Assembly (NCBI GenBank): GCA_938084645.1
Contig: CALKEP010000033.1
Span: 1-64,000 of the forward strand
Reading direction: 5' to 3'
DNA from: an uncultured Phycisphaerales bacterium
GTDB taxonomy: Bacteria > Planctomycetota > Phycisphaerae > Phycisphaerales > SM1A02
DNA length: 64,000 nucleotides
Shown here: in pieces, positions 1 to 9,812 of the stretch
How positions within the stretch are numbered: position 1 is the stretch's first letter
How the letters are laid out: each line of letters begins with the position of its first letter
The notes under the pieces: model-generated
What the model saw: only the letters and a program-made list of their open reading frames with translations
Told to the model about the DNA's origin: nothing
Databases searched by the model: none
Translations under genes and position numbers: made by a program

Positions 1-1
1 G

Positions 2-187
2 GCGCTCGATCTCGACGACGCGCTGGCACGGCGAACCCGGTCGCTCCTGTTGGACGCCTCCGCGGCGATCGAAGCGGCGCCTCGTGCGGCCGCGATCCTC
101 GCGGCGGAACTCGGGCGTGACGAATCCTGGCAGGCGGCGCAGGTCGCGGCCTTCACCACGCTCGCTGACGGATATCGACTTGCTTGA
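2..187 (+). CDS. glpD: FAD-dependent glycerol-3-phosphate dehydrogenase, C-terminal fragment (5' truncated by window edge)
   Basis: Frame 2 reads ALDLDDALARRTRSLLLDASAAIEAAPRAAAILAAELGRDESWQAAQV...*; D-x-L-x-RRTR and AxELGW/R are typical of the GlpD C-terminal domain. Confidence 0.8.
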   Translation, partial: ALDLDDALARRTRSLLLDASAAIEAAPRAAAILAAELGRDESWQAAQVAAFTTLADGYRLA

Positions 188-224
188 GACGAGACGCAGC
201 GATCGAGGAAGGACTGGTCGGTTC

Positions 225-2258
225 ATGAGGCATCGAGGCTTCAGCGGCATCTCGTTCTCGTTCCTGGCGACGATCGGACTCGGACTTTCCGCATCGGTCG
301 CCGGGGGGCAGGCGCCGCCCGCGAAACCGGCGACACCGACGGCACCGGTCACTCGGCAGACACCGCCGTGGCCGGTGATCCTCGGGGCGAAGGTGATGCT
401 CTGCGAGCAGAACCGTCCCGTTGCATCGCGGGTGGTGCTCGTTCCCGACGAATCGACCTACCTCGAACAGCTTGCGAAGTGGTCGCCCTCGGGGCAGTGG
501 CCGGTGCTCTTCGAGGACGATCCCGGAACACCCAGGTTCATTCGGGCGTTCGCGCCCGACGAGATCGTGCGGGTGCCCCCGACCGAACGCGTCCTGCCGA
601 AGGATGCAGATGCTCGTCGCAAGCTCGCGACCCTCGTCACCAAGATTTCCTTCGGTGCGACTGATCCCAGTCTCGCCTACGACGAGGTGTATTCGAATTT
701 CGGTTGGCGGCCGCCCGGCTTCGTGGTCACGTCGATGGACGATTCCGCCTGGACCGCGGCGGTCGCGATCTCCGCGGCCCGCGGCGTGCCGCTGGCGTTC
801 GTCGACGGTGACTTCGGCAAGCCGAACGGTGAGCTGTCCGCCGGACGCTTGCGTGATCTCGAACTGGAACTGCAGACCGCGGCGGCCGCGAGTGGATACT
901 CGTGGGAGGGGCTTGGCGACGACCTCGACGCGGTCGCGATCTGCCGCGACGTCGCGGGCCGCTGTCGGATGTCGGTGCCCGAACCGGCGAAGGTTCGCAT
1001 CCAGGGGCGCGATCCCGGAAACGGGCCGTACGCGACGATGGATGCGCTGTGCCGGGACGGCGACGGTCGTCGCTGGGGATACACGGGTTGGATCTGGGGC
1101 GATCCCGGTCATGCGGCCGGGATGGCCATGAGTTCGATCTTCCTCGACCGTCGCAACATCTGGATGTGTTCCGGGTACGCCAAGAGCGGGCAGTGGAACG
1201 TCTACGAGGTCTCGAAGCCGGCGGCCCGTCTGGCCGAAATGGGCTACGCCTCGATGTTCTTCGAGGAGGATGCGGCCGGGCTCGACGGCTGGTTCCGGCT
1301 CGTCCGCGGTGCGATCCCGCCGGACGTGCTCTTTCTGAATTCCCACGGTTCACCGACGGTCTTCCATCTCTTCAAGGACGAGCAGGCGTTTCCGCAGGAC
1401 GTGCCGTTCCTGTCGCGGCCGATGGCCCTGCACATGATCCACTCGTTCTCCCTGAAGCGACCGGCGGACGGGCTCACGGTGGGGGGGCGTTTCCTCCGTC
1501 GCGGGGTGTACGCGTATCTCGGCAGCGTCGACGAGCCGTACCTGGGTGCCTTCATCCCACCCGCCCTCATGGTCGAGCGATTGGCGGCGGGCGTGCCGTT
1601 TCTGCTCGCGGGCCGGTACTGGCCCGACGGTGGGCCGATGTCCGGCGTCTGGAAGGTGACCGCGATCGGGGATCCGTTCATGCAGGCGATTCCGCCGGCG
1701 ATGCGACGAATCCGACCGATGGAGGATCCACCCGAAATCGCGGGCGCGGTGAACCTGCTCGAACTCGCCAAGGTGGAGATGGCCGCGACCCGCGACGATC
1801 CGGCCCGCGGCGCGGAGGCGATCCGACTGCTGACCCTGCTCGGTCGCGACGAGATCGCTCGCCAGGTGTGGGAGATCATCGAGAAGACCGAGGATCGCGC
1901 CGCGATGGCCGACGCGGCGGTGGAGGCCATGGGGCCGCTCTTCCGGGCGCGGGACTGGGACGACTTCTTCGCCGCCTATGGGGTCATTCCGCGCGAATCA
2001 CGCACCGACGATGCCCGGGACATGCTCTGGCACCTCGCGAATCCGAGGCTGGCCGGGCTCTCCGATCCGAACGTGTTCGCGACGCTGTCTGCGGAGGCCC
2101 GCGGACCGATGCCGTCGGTCGATCTCGGCCGGTTGATGCCGCATCTCGACCGGGTGCTCGGCCCCGGGGCGGGACGAGCGGCGGTGCAACGACGGATGGA
2201 ATCCGAAGCGAATTCGAACGCCCGCAAGGGTCTGCAGAAACTGCTCACCGGCGGATGA
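225..2258 (+). CDS. Secreted hypothetical protein; central region resembles TIGR03790-like / gingipain (C25)-fold domain
   Basis: ATG 225 followed by a signal-like segment (FSFLATIGLGLSASVAG) and a Pro/Ala linker; motifs LNSHG, HSFS, G-SV-EPYL, W-V-AIGDP; helical C-terminus. Confidence 0.55.
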   Translation: MRHRGFSGISFSFLATIGLGLSASVAGGQAPPAKPATPTAPVTRQTPPWPVILGAKVMLCEQNRPVASRVVLVPDESTYLEQLAKWSPSGQWPVLFEDDPGTPRFIRAFAPDEIVRVPPTERVLPKDADARRKLATLVTKISFGATDPSLAYDEVYSNFGWRPPGFVVTSMDDSAWTAAVAISAARGVPLAFVDGDFGKPNGELSAGRLRDLELELQTAAAASGYSWEGLGDDLDAVAICRDVAGRCRMSVPEPAKVRIQGRDPGNGPYATMDALCRDGDGRRWGYTGWIWGDPGHAAGMAMSSIFLDRRNIWMCSGYAKSGQWNVYEVSKPAARLAEMGYASMFFEEDAAGLDGWFRLVRGAIPPDVLFLNSHGSPTVFHLFKDEQAFPQDVPFLSRPMALHMIHSFSLKRPADGLTVGGRFLRRGVYAYLGSVDEPYLGAFIPPALMVERLAAGVPFLLAGRYWPDGGPMSGVWKVTAIGDPFMQAIPPAMRRIRPMEDPPEIAGAVNLLELAKVEMAATRDDPARGAEAIRLLTLLGRDEIARQVWEIIEKTEDRAAMADAAVEAMGPLFRARDWDDFFAAYGVIPRESRTDDARDMLWHLANPRLAGLSDPNVFATLSAEARGPMPSVDLGRLMPHLDRVLGPGAGRAAVQRRMESEANSNARKGLQKLLTGG

Positions 2259-2265
2259 GTCGTGA

Positions 2266-3174
2266 TCAGTCGTCGAGGTCCGCCTCGGGCGTCGCACCGG
2301 TGAGCCGATGCTTCAGTCTCGCGCGATCCGTCTCGACGTCCGGTCGGACGCCTGCGAGTTCGGGATCGTTCGCGAGCAGCTCGTCGATCGCGATGACCAG
2401 CGCAATGAGTCCGTCGAGCGAGGGGTGCAGTCGGTCGCCGAGGATGAGCGTGGCGGCCTCGGCCGCGGTCCACGCGTGCGTGCCGATCTTGAAGGCCTTG
2501 CCGCTGCGGAGCCGCTCGATCAGATCGGCGAGCGGAAAGACCCGGACGTTCGGACGGGTCGATGCCCATTCGCGGATCCGCTGGTTCGCGCGGAGTCGAA
2601 CGTCTTCCGGGGCGACCTGGCTCTTCATCATCACTCGTCCCGCGGCGCTCGACATGTCGGGGATGTCTCCGACCAGCACCGGGCCTTCGATCCGGTCGAG
2701 CTGGGCGAGCCCGACCTCGAGCAACGCCATTCGATCCTCATCGGTCCGGATGCGTCGACTCTCGACGCCGATGGTTCCGTAGGTGAACCAGAACAGGTAG
2801 TCGATGGCGAAGGTGAGATCGGGCTTCGCACGGATGGTCCGATCGACCACGCGGGTTCCGATCCCGGAGGGGTTCGAGAAGAAGGCCGCGGTACCGAGGT
2901 CGATGACCACGGTCGAGTCGCCGCTGGCGGCGCGGTAGAGCTTCGCGAGGGAGATGCCTCGCGGGGTGCCCTCCGGATCGTCCGCGGTCCGAAAGAAGAC
3001 GCCGAATCCCGCCGACGCGCTCGCACCGATGGCGGCGATCCGGTCGATGGGATTCGCGATGGGCGGTTCCGGCGCGGCCGAAGCCGGCGCCTGGGGCGGC
3101 TCGGTGCCGATCGCCGGGGCGCTGACGAGCATCGACGCGAAGAACGCGACTCGAAGGAGGATTCCGATCTTCAT
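2266..3174 (-). CDS. Secreted SGNH/GDSL-type hydrolase
   Basis: Signal peptide MKIGILLRVAFFASMLVSAPA; block I IAAIGASASAG; block V DRLHPS. Confidence 0.65.
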   Translation of the reverse strand: MKIGILLRVAFFASMLVSAPAIGTEPPQAPASAAPEPPIANPIDRIAAIGASASAGFGVFFRTADDPEGTPRGISLAKLYRAASGDSTVVIDLGTAAFFSNPSGIGTRVVDRTIRAKPDLTFAIDYLFWFTYGTIGVESRRIRTDEDRMALLEVGLAQLDRIEGPVLVGDIPDMSSAAGRVMMKSQVAPEDVRLRANQRIREWASTRPNVRVFPLADLIERLRSGKAFKIGTHAWTAAEAATLILGDRLHPSLDGLIALVIAIDELLANDPELAGVRPDVETDRARLKHRLTGATPEADLDD

Positions 3175-3265
3175 TCGACGTTCTCCATGCGATCCCGGAG
3201 CGGTGTCCGCCGGGTGACTGCATCGTCGGGATGGCGAGCGATCACGCTCGGGGGAAGGCCTCGCC

Positions 3266-4219
3266 TCAGGCGGTGACTTCGAGACCCAGCGCGGCCGCCA
3301 TCGTGGTGCCGAGGTCGGCGGGGCTTTCGGCGACCGCGATTCCGCACTCGCGCAGGGCCGCGATCTTCGCGTCCGCGGTGTCTTCCGCGCCACCGATGAT
3401 GGCGCCGGCATGGCCCATCCGCTTGCCGGGAGGCGCGGTTCGACCCGCGATGAACGCGGCGACGGGTTTGCTGACGTGTTCCTTGATCCAGTGGGCGGCC
3501 TCGATCTCGTCGGTGCCGCCGATCTCGCCGATCACGATCATCCCGTCGGTCTCGGGATCCCCTTCGAACCGCTCGAGGAGTTCGATGAACCCCGTGCCAC
3601 GGACCGGATCGCCGCCGATGCCGACGCAGGTGGTCTGGCCGATGCCGAGCACCGAAGTCTGCCACACCGCTTCGTAGGTCAGGGTGCCGGAGCGGCTGAT
3701 CACGCCGATCGCCTTGCCGGTCGAGGCGTCCGCCTTGGCGGTGTGGATGTAGCCCGGCATGATGCCGATCTTGCAGCCGCCTTCGAAGACGGAGTCGGGA
3801 CCTTCGCCCGAGACGCGTCGTCCCGGGGTGATGATGCCGGGGCAGTTCGGGCCGATGAGGACCGAGCCCGGGCGATCCCGCAGCATCGCCTTCACCCGGA
3901 CCATGTCCTGCACGGGGATGCCCTCGGTGATCGCGCAGATCACGTGGACGCCGGCTTCCGCGGCTTCGAGGATCGCGTCCGCGGCGAACGGAGGCGGGAC
4001 GAAGATCATCGTCGCCTCGGCGCCGGTCCGGTCGACGGCGTCTCGAACCGTGTCGAAGATCGGGAGCCCGTGGGCGTCCTGAGTTCCACCTTTGCCCGGC
4101 GTGACGCCGCCCACCATCTGGGTGCCGTAGTCGAGGCAGCCCTTGGTGTGGAAGGCCCCGGTCGAACCGGTGATGCCCTGGCAGAGAACTTTCGAGTTTC
4201 CGTCGACGAGAATGGCCAT
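3266..4219 (-). CDS. sucD: Succinyl-CoA ligase alpha subunit
   Basis: [32 protein letters not shown] (phospho-His) motifs. Confidence 0.97.
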   Translation of the reverse strand: MAILVDGNSKVLCQGITGSTGAFHTKGCLDYGTQMVGGVTPGKGGTQDAHGLPIFDTVRDAVDRTGAEATMIFVPPPFAADAILEAAEAGVHVICAITEGIPVQDMVRVKAMLRDRPGSVLIGPNCPGIITPGRRVSGEGPDSVFEGGCKIGIMPGYIHTAKADASTGKAIGVISRSGTLTYEAVWQTSVLGIGQTTCVGIGGDPVRGTGFIELLERFEGDPETDGMIVIGEIGGTDEIEAAHWIKEHVSKPVAAFIAGRTAPPGKRMGHAGAIIGGAEDTADAKIAALRECGIAVAESPADLGTTMAAALGLEVTA

Positions 4220-4367
4220 AGTCCGGGCAGGATAGCGGATTCCCGCCGCTCATCCGAGCCAAACGTCCGGGATTCCGGCTCGACGGAGACCGGTCGGCCG
4301 CGGCAGGGTGGTCTGGACGAGGCGTCGCCCGGCTCCGATGGAACCACGGCCCCCCTAGAATCCGGGA

Positions 4368-5471
4368 ATGTCCTCCTCCGACGGAATCGACGTCTCCACT
4401 CCGAAGCCCACCGGCATGACCTATGCCGCCGCGGGCGTCGACATCGAAGCGGGGGACGCGGTCGTCGATCGCATCAAGCCGGTTCTCAAGCGGACCCACG
4501 GCCCGCGGGTGATGGGCCTTCACGGGGCCTTCGCCGGGATGTTCCGGCTCGACTACAACGAGAGCCTCTTCAAGCGGAACTACAAGGACCCCGTCCTCGT
4601 CGCCTGCACCGACGGGGTGGGCACCAAGGTCATGCTCGCGATCGAGATGGGTCGGCTCGACACCATCGGCATCGACTGCGTCGCGATGAATGTCAACGAC
4701 CTCATCGTCCAAGGGGCCGAGCCGCTCTTCTTCCTCGACTATCTGGGACTCTCGAAGGTCGACCCGGCGGACACCGCGGACATCATCGCGAGCGTCGCCA
4801 GAGGCTGCGAGATCTCCGGCTGCGCCCTGATCGGCGGCGAGTGCGCCGAGATGCCCGACATCTACAAGCCCGGTGACTTCGACGTCGCGGGCTTCGCGGT
4901 CGGCGTGGTCGAACTCAAGCGAGCGACCGATCCGACCCGGATCGAACCCGGCGACGTCGTTCTCGGGCTCGCCTCGAGCGGCGTGCATTCGAACGGATAC
5001 ACGCTGGTTCGGAAGATCATCGCCGAAAAGGGGCTCGACCTCGCCGCGACCTATCCGGAACTCGAATCGGATCGAACCCTCGGCGAACTGCTGCTCGAGC
5101 CGACCCGGATCTACGCGAAGTCGATCGTCGCACTGTTGCGTGGTTACACCGTCAAGAAGGTCGTGACCGGGATGGCCCACATCACTGGTGGTGGACTTCC
5201 GGGCAATCTCAATCGGGCGTTGCCGGCGGATGTGGACGCGCTGGTCGATCGATCGTCCTGGACGGTTCCGCCGCTCTTCGACTTCCTGCGGAAGCACGGG
5301 GATGTCGCCGCCGACGAGATGGACCGCGTCTTCAACATGGGCGTCGGCTACTGCCTGGTGGTCCGACCGACCTTCGCGGATGCGGTCGCCCGCAAGCTCG
5401 AGAAATCCGGCGAGACGGTCTTCCGCATGGGTGAGATCGTCGCCGGTTCGGGCGTGGTTCGATACGGCTGA
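4368..5471 (+). CDS. purM: Phosphoribosylformylglycinamidine cyclo-ligase (AIR synthetase)
   Basis: TYAAAGVDI, TDGVGTK, GGECAEMP, SSGVHSNG, AHITGGG, FNMGVG. Confidence 0.97.
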   Translation: MSSSDGIDVSTPKPTGMTYAAAGVDIEAGDAVVDRIKPVLKRTHGPRVMGLHGAFAGMFRLDYNESLFKRNYKDPVLVACTDGVGTKVMLAIEMGRLDTIGIDCVAMNVNDLIVQGAEPLFFLDYLGLSKVDPADTADIIASVARGCEISGCALIGGECAEMPDIYKPGDFDVAGFAVGVVELKRATDPTRIEPGDVVLGLASSGVHSNGYTLVRKIIAEKGLDLAATYPELESDRTLGELLLEPTRIYAKSIVALLRGYTVKKVVTGMAHITGGGLPGNLNRALPADVDALVDRSSWTVPPLFDFLRKHGDVAADEMDRVFNMGVGYCLVVRPTFADAVARKLEKSGETVFRMGEIVAGSGVVRYG

Positions 5472-5580
5472 ACCTGGGCGGCCACGCCGCCTCGACCGAC
5501 CATCTGCACGCGATCCCCGGTTTCGCCCGGGATCGCGTGCTTCTTGTCCGGGCATCCGTGGTCGACGAACCAGTGGTCGA

Positions 5581-6102
5581 TCAGTCGCCAGACTTCCAGT
5601 TGCGTCGCTGCTTCTTGTCGCTGGCGACCCGCTTGGCCTTGAGGCGTCGTTCCTTCGACCCTCGTGAAGGCTTCGTCTTCTTCCGTTTCTTGGGACGGGT
5701 GGTCGCGGCGGTGATGATCGAGACGAGTCGGGCGAGGCACAGTTCCCGATTGTCGGCCTGACTGCGGGTGTCGTCCGCGGTCACCAGGATGTCGCCCGCC
5801 GCGGTGAGGAACCTTCCGGCGGTCGTCTCCAGCCGCGACCGGGCGTCGGGCCCGAATCGTCGGATCGAGGACAAGGCCATTCGAAGTTCGGCCTTGGTCG
5901 AGACCTTGTTGACGTTCTGGCCCCCGGGGCCGCCGCTGCGCGCGAACGACCACTTCAGGTCCTCGGGCATGCACCAGGCGCCGTTGCCGAGTCGGATCGC
6001 GTTTTCGGGACGCTCCCGCTTCACGGGCCGATCCGCATCATCCGCCGGTCGGTGGTCCGGGCGACTCGATCGTGATTCGTTCGGCCCGTTCGACCCGTCC
6101 AT
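5581..6102 (-). CDS. arfB: Alternative ribosome rescue peptidyl-tRNA hydrolase ArfB
   Basis: SGGPGGQNVNKV motif, RSQ-NR, basic tail RKKTKPSRGSKERRLKAK. Confidence 0.93.
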   Translation of the reverse strand: MDGSNGPNESRSSRPDHRPADDADRPVKRERPENAIRLGNGAWCMPEDLKWSFARSGGPGGQNVNKVSTKAELRMALSSIRRFGPDARSRLETTAGRFLTAAGDILVTADDTRSQADNRELCLARLVSIITAATTRPKKRKKTKPSRGSKERRLKAKRVASDKKQRRNWKSGD

Positions 6103-6173
6103 GGTGGGAATCCTCCGCGTGCATGGTACGCGTCGGGGTACCCTGTCCCGACCCGCACCCTCGTGGAATCGGC

Positions 6174-7115
6174 ATGCCCTGCGATCACCTCCAATCGGTT
6201 TTGGTTCTTCCGCGTCTCGGTGGCCTCCTCGTCACCGGCGTGCTCGTGGTCGCCACGCCGGTCACGGCTGGAAACGACGATCCGACGCCGGTGATGCCGG
6301 ACGTCGACGCCCTCGCCGCGGTCGCCGATCGGCCGGTGCTCGACGTGACCCTGGGAATCTGGTTTCCGAGGCTCGAAGGGATCGTCGACATCGGTCCCGA
6401 CGGGACGCCGCTCGACGTCGGGGACGATCTCTCGCTCGATGACTCCCAGGCGATCTTCAACGGCGAGGCGCGGGTCCAAGCCGGGCGATGGGAGTTTCTG
6501 ATCGGCGGCTACGTCCTCGAAGCGGAGGGGCAGGCGACGCTGTCGCAGGCGGCCCGCATCGGTGGACTTCTCGCCCCGGCCGGCACCGCGGTCGCGAGCG
6601 ACGTCGACGTCTGGTCGATCACCGGCGAGATCGCCTACGAGATCTTCACGCCGTTCCAGGACCGTCGCTTCCCGTGGTCGGCGCCGATCGATCGCGCCAC
6701 CGGGAATCGAACTTCGGACGGACGGCCGATCATCGATCTTCGAGTCGAGGCCCTGCTCGGCACGCGGGTGCTCAATCTCGAACAGGAGTACGACCTCGCC
6801 GGCGTGGGCACGGTTCGCACCAACAACGCCTGGGTCTCGCCCTATCTCGGCGTCGGGCTCGAGATCGACTGGGTGTCGAAGGACACCATCGGCTTCCTCG
6901 ACCGCATCACCCTCGACGTCACCGCGGGGTGGGGACCCGCCTTCAACGGCGGCAACTCGATCTTCACGGTCCGCGTGGACGGGGCGTTCCACGTCACCCG
7001 CGACCTCGCGATCATCCTCGGCTACCGACTGACCGACTTCGACCTGGTCCGCGAGGAGACCTCCTACAACGGCGGACTTCAAGGGCTCTTCGCGGGAGTG
7101 CGGTACACGTGGTGA
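6174..7115 (+). CDS. Putative outer-membrane beta-barrel protein
   Basis: Signal-like N-terminus; alternating amphipathic strands; C-terminal GLFAGVRYTW with terminal aromatic; start uncertain. Confidence 0.6.
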   Translation: MPCDHLQSVLVLPRLGGLLVTGVLVVATPVTAGNDDPTPVMPDVDALAAVADRPVLDVTLGIWFPRLEGIVDIGPDGTPLDVGDDLSLDDSQAIFNGEARVQAGRWEFLIGGYVLEAEGQATLSQAARIGGLLAPAGTAVASDVDVWSITGEIAYEIFTPFQDRRFPWSAPIDRATGNRTSDGRPIIDLRVEALLGTRVLNLEQEYDLAGVGTVRTNNAWVSPYLGVGLEIDWVSKDTIGFLDRITLDVTAGWGPAFNGGNSIFTVRVDGAFHVTRDLAIILGYRLTDFDLVREETSYNGGLQGLFAGVRYTW

Positions 7116-8071
7116 ATCCCGACCAGCCAGGCCGGCGTCGCGACGGCAAGTTCCGTCGGGCCAAGATCCGGCACTCGATCTTCACCCGCGGGCTCGATCG
7201 GATCACCGGGGGGCGACTGCTTCGAAGCCATCTCGCCAAGCCGCTCGCGGTTCGTTCCTTCGACGTCTCGATGCCGGGTTGGCCGGAGGATTGGGACGGG
7301 CTCCGCGTCGGACACTTCAGCGACCTGCACTACGGCGATCTGATGCCGGTGGAGCGCGGGCTCGAAGTGATCGATCGGCTCGGAGCGCTCCGTCCGGATC
7401 TCGTCGCCTTCACCGGCGACATGGTCGATCTCGACTGCGACGGCGCGGAACCGCTCTTCGAGCGGATGACGGCGATCGGCGCCCCGCTCGGAGCGGTGAT
7501 GGTGATCGGCAATCACGATCTGCTTGATGACGGGGACCGCGTCCGCGGCATGGCCCGCGATGCAGGCGTTCAATTGCTTGACGACGAGTCGATCGCCCTC
7601 GATCCGCAGGGACTGGAACTCGCCCACGTGGGCGCACCCGGTGGCGACGGCCCGGCCACGCCGCTGGTGGTGGCGGGCATCGACTGGGACGGCGCGGTCA
7701 AGGGGCTCTCCGCCCGGGTGGATCGCGTCGCCGGCGAGAATCCGTCGCTGCTCCTCGCGCACAATCCCAAGGCCTTCCTCGCCGCATCGCGACACCACGT
7801 GCCGCTCACGCTCGCGGGACACACCCACGGCGGCCAGGTCGCCACGAAGGCCCGTCCCGGGGTCAACCTCGCGGTGGCGCATCGCCTGAGTGCGGGGTTC
7901 TATCACCGGGACGCAAGCACCCTGTTCGTGACGGTGGGCACGGGATCCTGGTTCCCGCTCCGGGTCCAGTGTCCGGCGGAGATCGTGCTGCTCACCTGTC
8001 GACGCGGTGAGGACGGGGTCCACGAGGTCGGCGTGGATGACACCGATCCCGAGTCGAACATTCCGGAGTGA
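7112..8071 (+). CDS. Calcineurin-like metallophosphoesterase (YkuE/YaeI-like)
   Basis: SDLH, TGD-VD, GNHD, HNP, GHTHGGQ; GTGA overlap with upstream stop. Confidence 0.88.
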   Translation: MNPDQPGRRRDGKFRRAKIRHSIFTRGLDRITGGRLLRSHLAKPLAVRSFDVSMPGWPEDWDGLRVGHFSDLHYGDLMPVERGLEVIDRLGALRPDLVAFTGDMVDLDCDGAEPLFERMTAIGAPLGAVMVIGNHDLLDDGDRVRGMARDAGVQLLDDESIALDPQGLELAHVGAPGGDGPATPLVVAGIDWDGAVKGLSARVDRVAGENPSLLLAHNPKAFLAASRHHVPLTLAGHTHGGQVATKARPGVNLAVAHRLSAGFYHRDASTLFVTVGTGSWFPLRVQCPAEIVLLTCRRGEDGVHEVGVDDTDPESNIPE

Positions 8072-8114
8072 CGATCCTCGGGCGCCGGCCGTGCATCCGC
8101 GGGATCGCCCGGTC

Positions 8115-9632
8115 TCATCCGCCGGATGACGAGGGAAGAGCCGCACGACCGTGCAGCCCGAGCGACTCGAAGAGCCGATGGACATGGGCGAGTCGGGTCC
8201 GCGTCTGGCCGATCGAGACCCGGATCACGTAGTGCCCGTCGAGTTTCGTGTGGCTCAGCATCGCCTCGCCGCTCGCGTTGATCGCCTCGAGCACGCTGCG
8301 GGTCCGCTCGTCGCCCTCGCGATGGCGGATGCACACCAGCGAGATCGGCGAGGGCGCGCAGCGGACCCAGTCGGGATCCGCGTCGATCATGTCCGCGAAC
8401 TCCTGGGCGATCGCGATGTGTTCACGCAGCGCGGTCCGCAGGCCTTCCGCGCCGTAGTGCTGGAAGACCAGCCACAGCTTGAGGGCCCGGAAACGACGCC
8501 CCAGCGGCACCTGCCAGTCGCGGTAGTCGATGACCTGCCCGCTCTCGGACGGGGCGTTTCGCAGGTACTCGGGCATGATGCCGAGGGCTCGGGTCAGGGC
8601 GCGCCGATCCGCCACCCAGAACAGGTCGCAGTCGAAGTTCGTGAAGAGCCACTTGTGCGGGTTCACGCAGACCGAGTCGCAGTGTTCGGCGCCGTCGAGC
8701 ACCCAGCGGAACTCGGGGCACACCGCGGCGACCCCGAACATCGCGCCGTCGAGATGCAGCCAGGCGCCGTGTCGGCGGGTGATCTCGGAGATCGCGGCGG
8801 TGTCGTCGATGGCGCCGCTGGAGGTCGTGCCGCAGGTGGTGCAGACGTAGAAGGGGATGCGACCCGCGGCGACGTCCTCGTCCATCAAGCGTTCGAGTTC
8901 GTCGGGACGCATGGCGTGCGTCTCGGGATCCGCGGGGACCAGCCGGAGATGCGCCCGGCCGATGCCCGCCATGCCGCACGCCTTCTCGACCGAGGAGTGC
9001 GCGTGTTCACTGGTGTAGGCGACGAGGGGCGGGCAGGCGCTGACGCCGTCGCGACCGGCGACGCCGTCGGTGGCCCGCTCGCGGGCCGCGAGCAACGAGC
9101 ACAGGGTCGCGCTGCTCGCGGTGTCCTGGATCACGCCGCCGCCGGGAAGGTCCGATCGACCGCTGTCGTCGCGGGGCCCGGTCCGGAAGCGGTCGGGCAG
9201 TCCGAGGATCTCGAGGGCCCAGTCCATCATCAGGGACTCGAGTTCGGTGCAGGCCGGGCTGGTGGCCCAGATCATGCCCTGCGTTCCGAGGCCGGCGGCG
9301 AGCATCTCCCCGAGGATCGACGGGAAGGAGTGATTGCACGGGAAGTAGGCGAACCAGTTCGGGCTCTGCCAGTGGGTGAGTCCCGGGATGATCTTCTCGT
9401 CGACCACGTCGAGCAGGTCCTCGATCGACCCACCGTGTTCCGGGGGCGAGATGGGGAACGCGCGACGTACGGATCCCGGCTCCACCGTCGAGGCGACCGG
9501 CAGCGTCTCGGCCCGATCGAGGTAGTTCGTGATCCAGCGCAGGGTCGCGTCGCCGAGACGCTCGAAGGTGGCGGCATCCATGTGCGGATTGGATGGATCG
9601 GGAGAACGGGTGTCGAAGGGGGCGGCTTTCAT
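8115..9632 (-). CDS. PLP-dependent group II (aromatic-L-amino-acid) decarboxylase
   Basis: THWQSPNWFAYFP, SPACTELE, HLDGA, NPHKW (PLP lysine), GRRFRALKLW. Confidence 0.92.
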   Translation of the reverse strand: MKAAPFDTRSPDPSNPHMDAATFERLGDATLRWITNYLDRAETLPVASTVEPGSVRRAFPISPPEHGGSIEDLLDVVDEKIIPGLTHWQSPNWFAYFPCNHSFPSILGEMLAAGLGTQGMIWATSPACTELESLMMDWALEILGLPDRFRTGPRDDSGRSDLPGGGVIQDTASSATLCSLLAARERATDGVAGRDGVSACPPLVAYTSEHAHSSVEKACGMAGIGRAHLRLVPADPETHAMRPDELERLMDEDVAAGRIPFYVCTTCGTTSSGAIDDTAAISEITRRHGAWLHLDGAMFGVAAVCPEFRWVLDGAEHCDSVCVNPHKWLFTNFDCDLFWVADRRALTRALGIMPEYLRNAPSESGQVIDYRDWQVPLGRRFRALKLWLVFQHYGAEGLRTALREHIAIAQEFADMIDADPDWVRCAPSPISLVCIRHREGDERTRSVLEAINASGEAMLSHTKLDGHYVIRVSIGQTRTRLAHVHRLFESLGLHGRAALPSSSGG

Positions 9633-9675
9633 ACCGGTCATGCTACGCACCCCGGCATCGGCGCGAGCGCGCATG

Positions 9676-9707
9676 AAAAAGCGGCGAGGCCGTGAAGGCG
9701 TCGCCGC
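9676..9707 (-). terminator. Intrinsic terminator (minus strand)
   Basis: Minus strand GCGGCGACGCC-TTCA-CGGCCTCGCCGC (imperfect stem) followed by TTTTT. Confidence 0.65.
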
Positions 9708-9742
9708 TCCTGGTGGCATCTCTGCCCCCTTGGTGCACCAGC
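9676..9742 (-). ncRNA. Candidate ~65-nt small RNA (unassigned)
   Basis: TACCTT -10 at 9753-9748, then hairpin CTGGTGCA...TGCCACCAG, then terminator; no known family recognised. Confidence 0.35.
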
Positions 9743-9812
9743 GTTCGAAGGTACCCCACGGATCGCCGGAAGCGAGGAGAAACTCCTCGAATCAAGCCAC
9801 AGGCCTCCTGAA

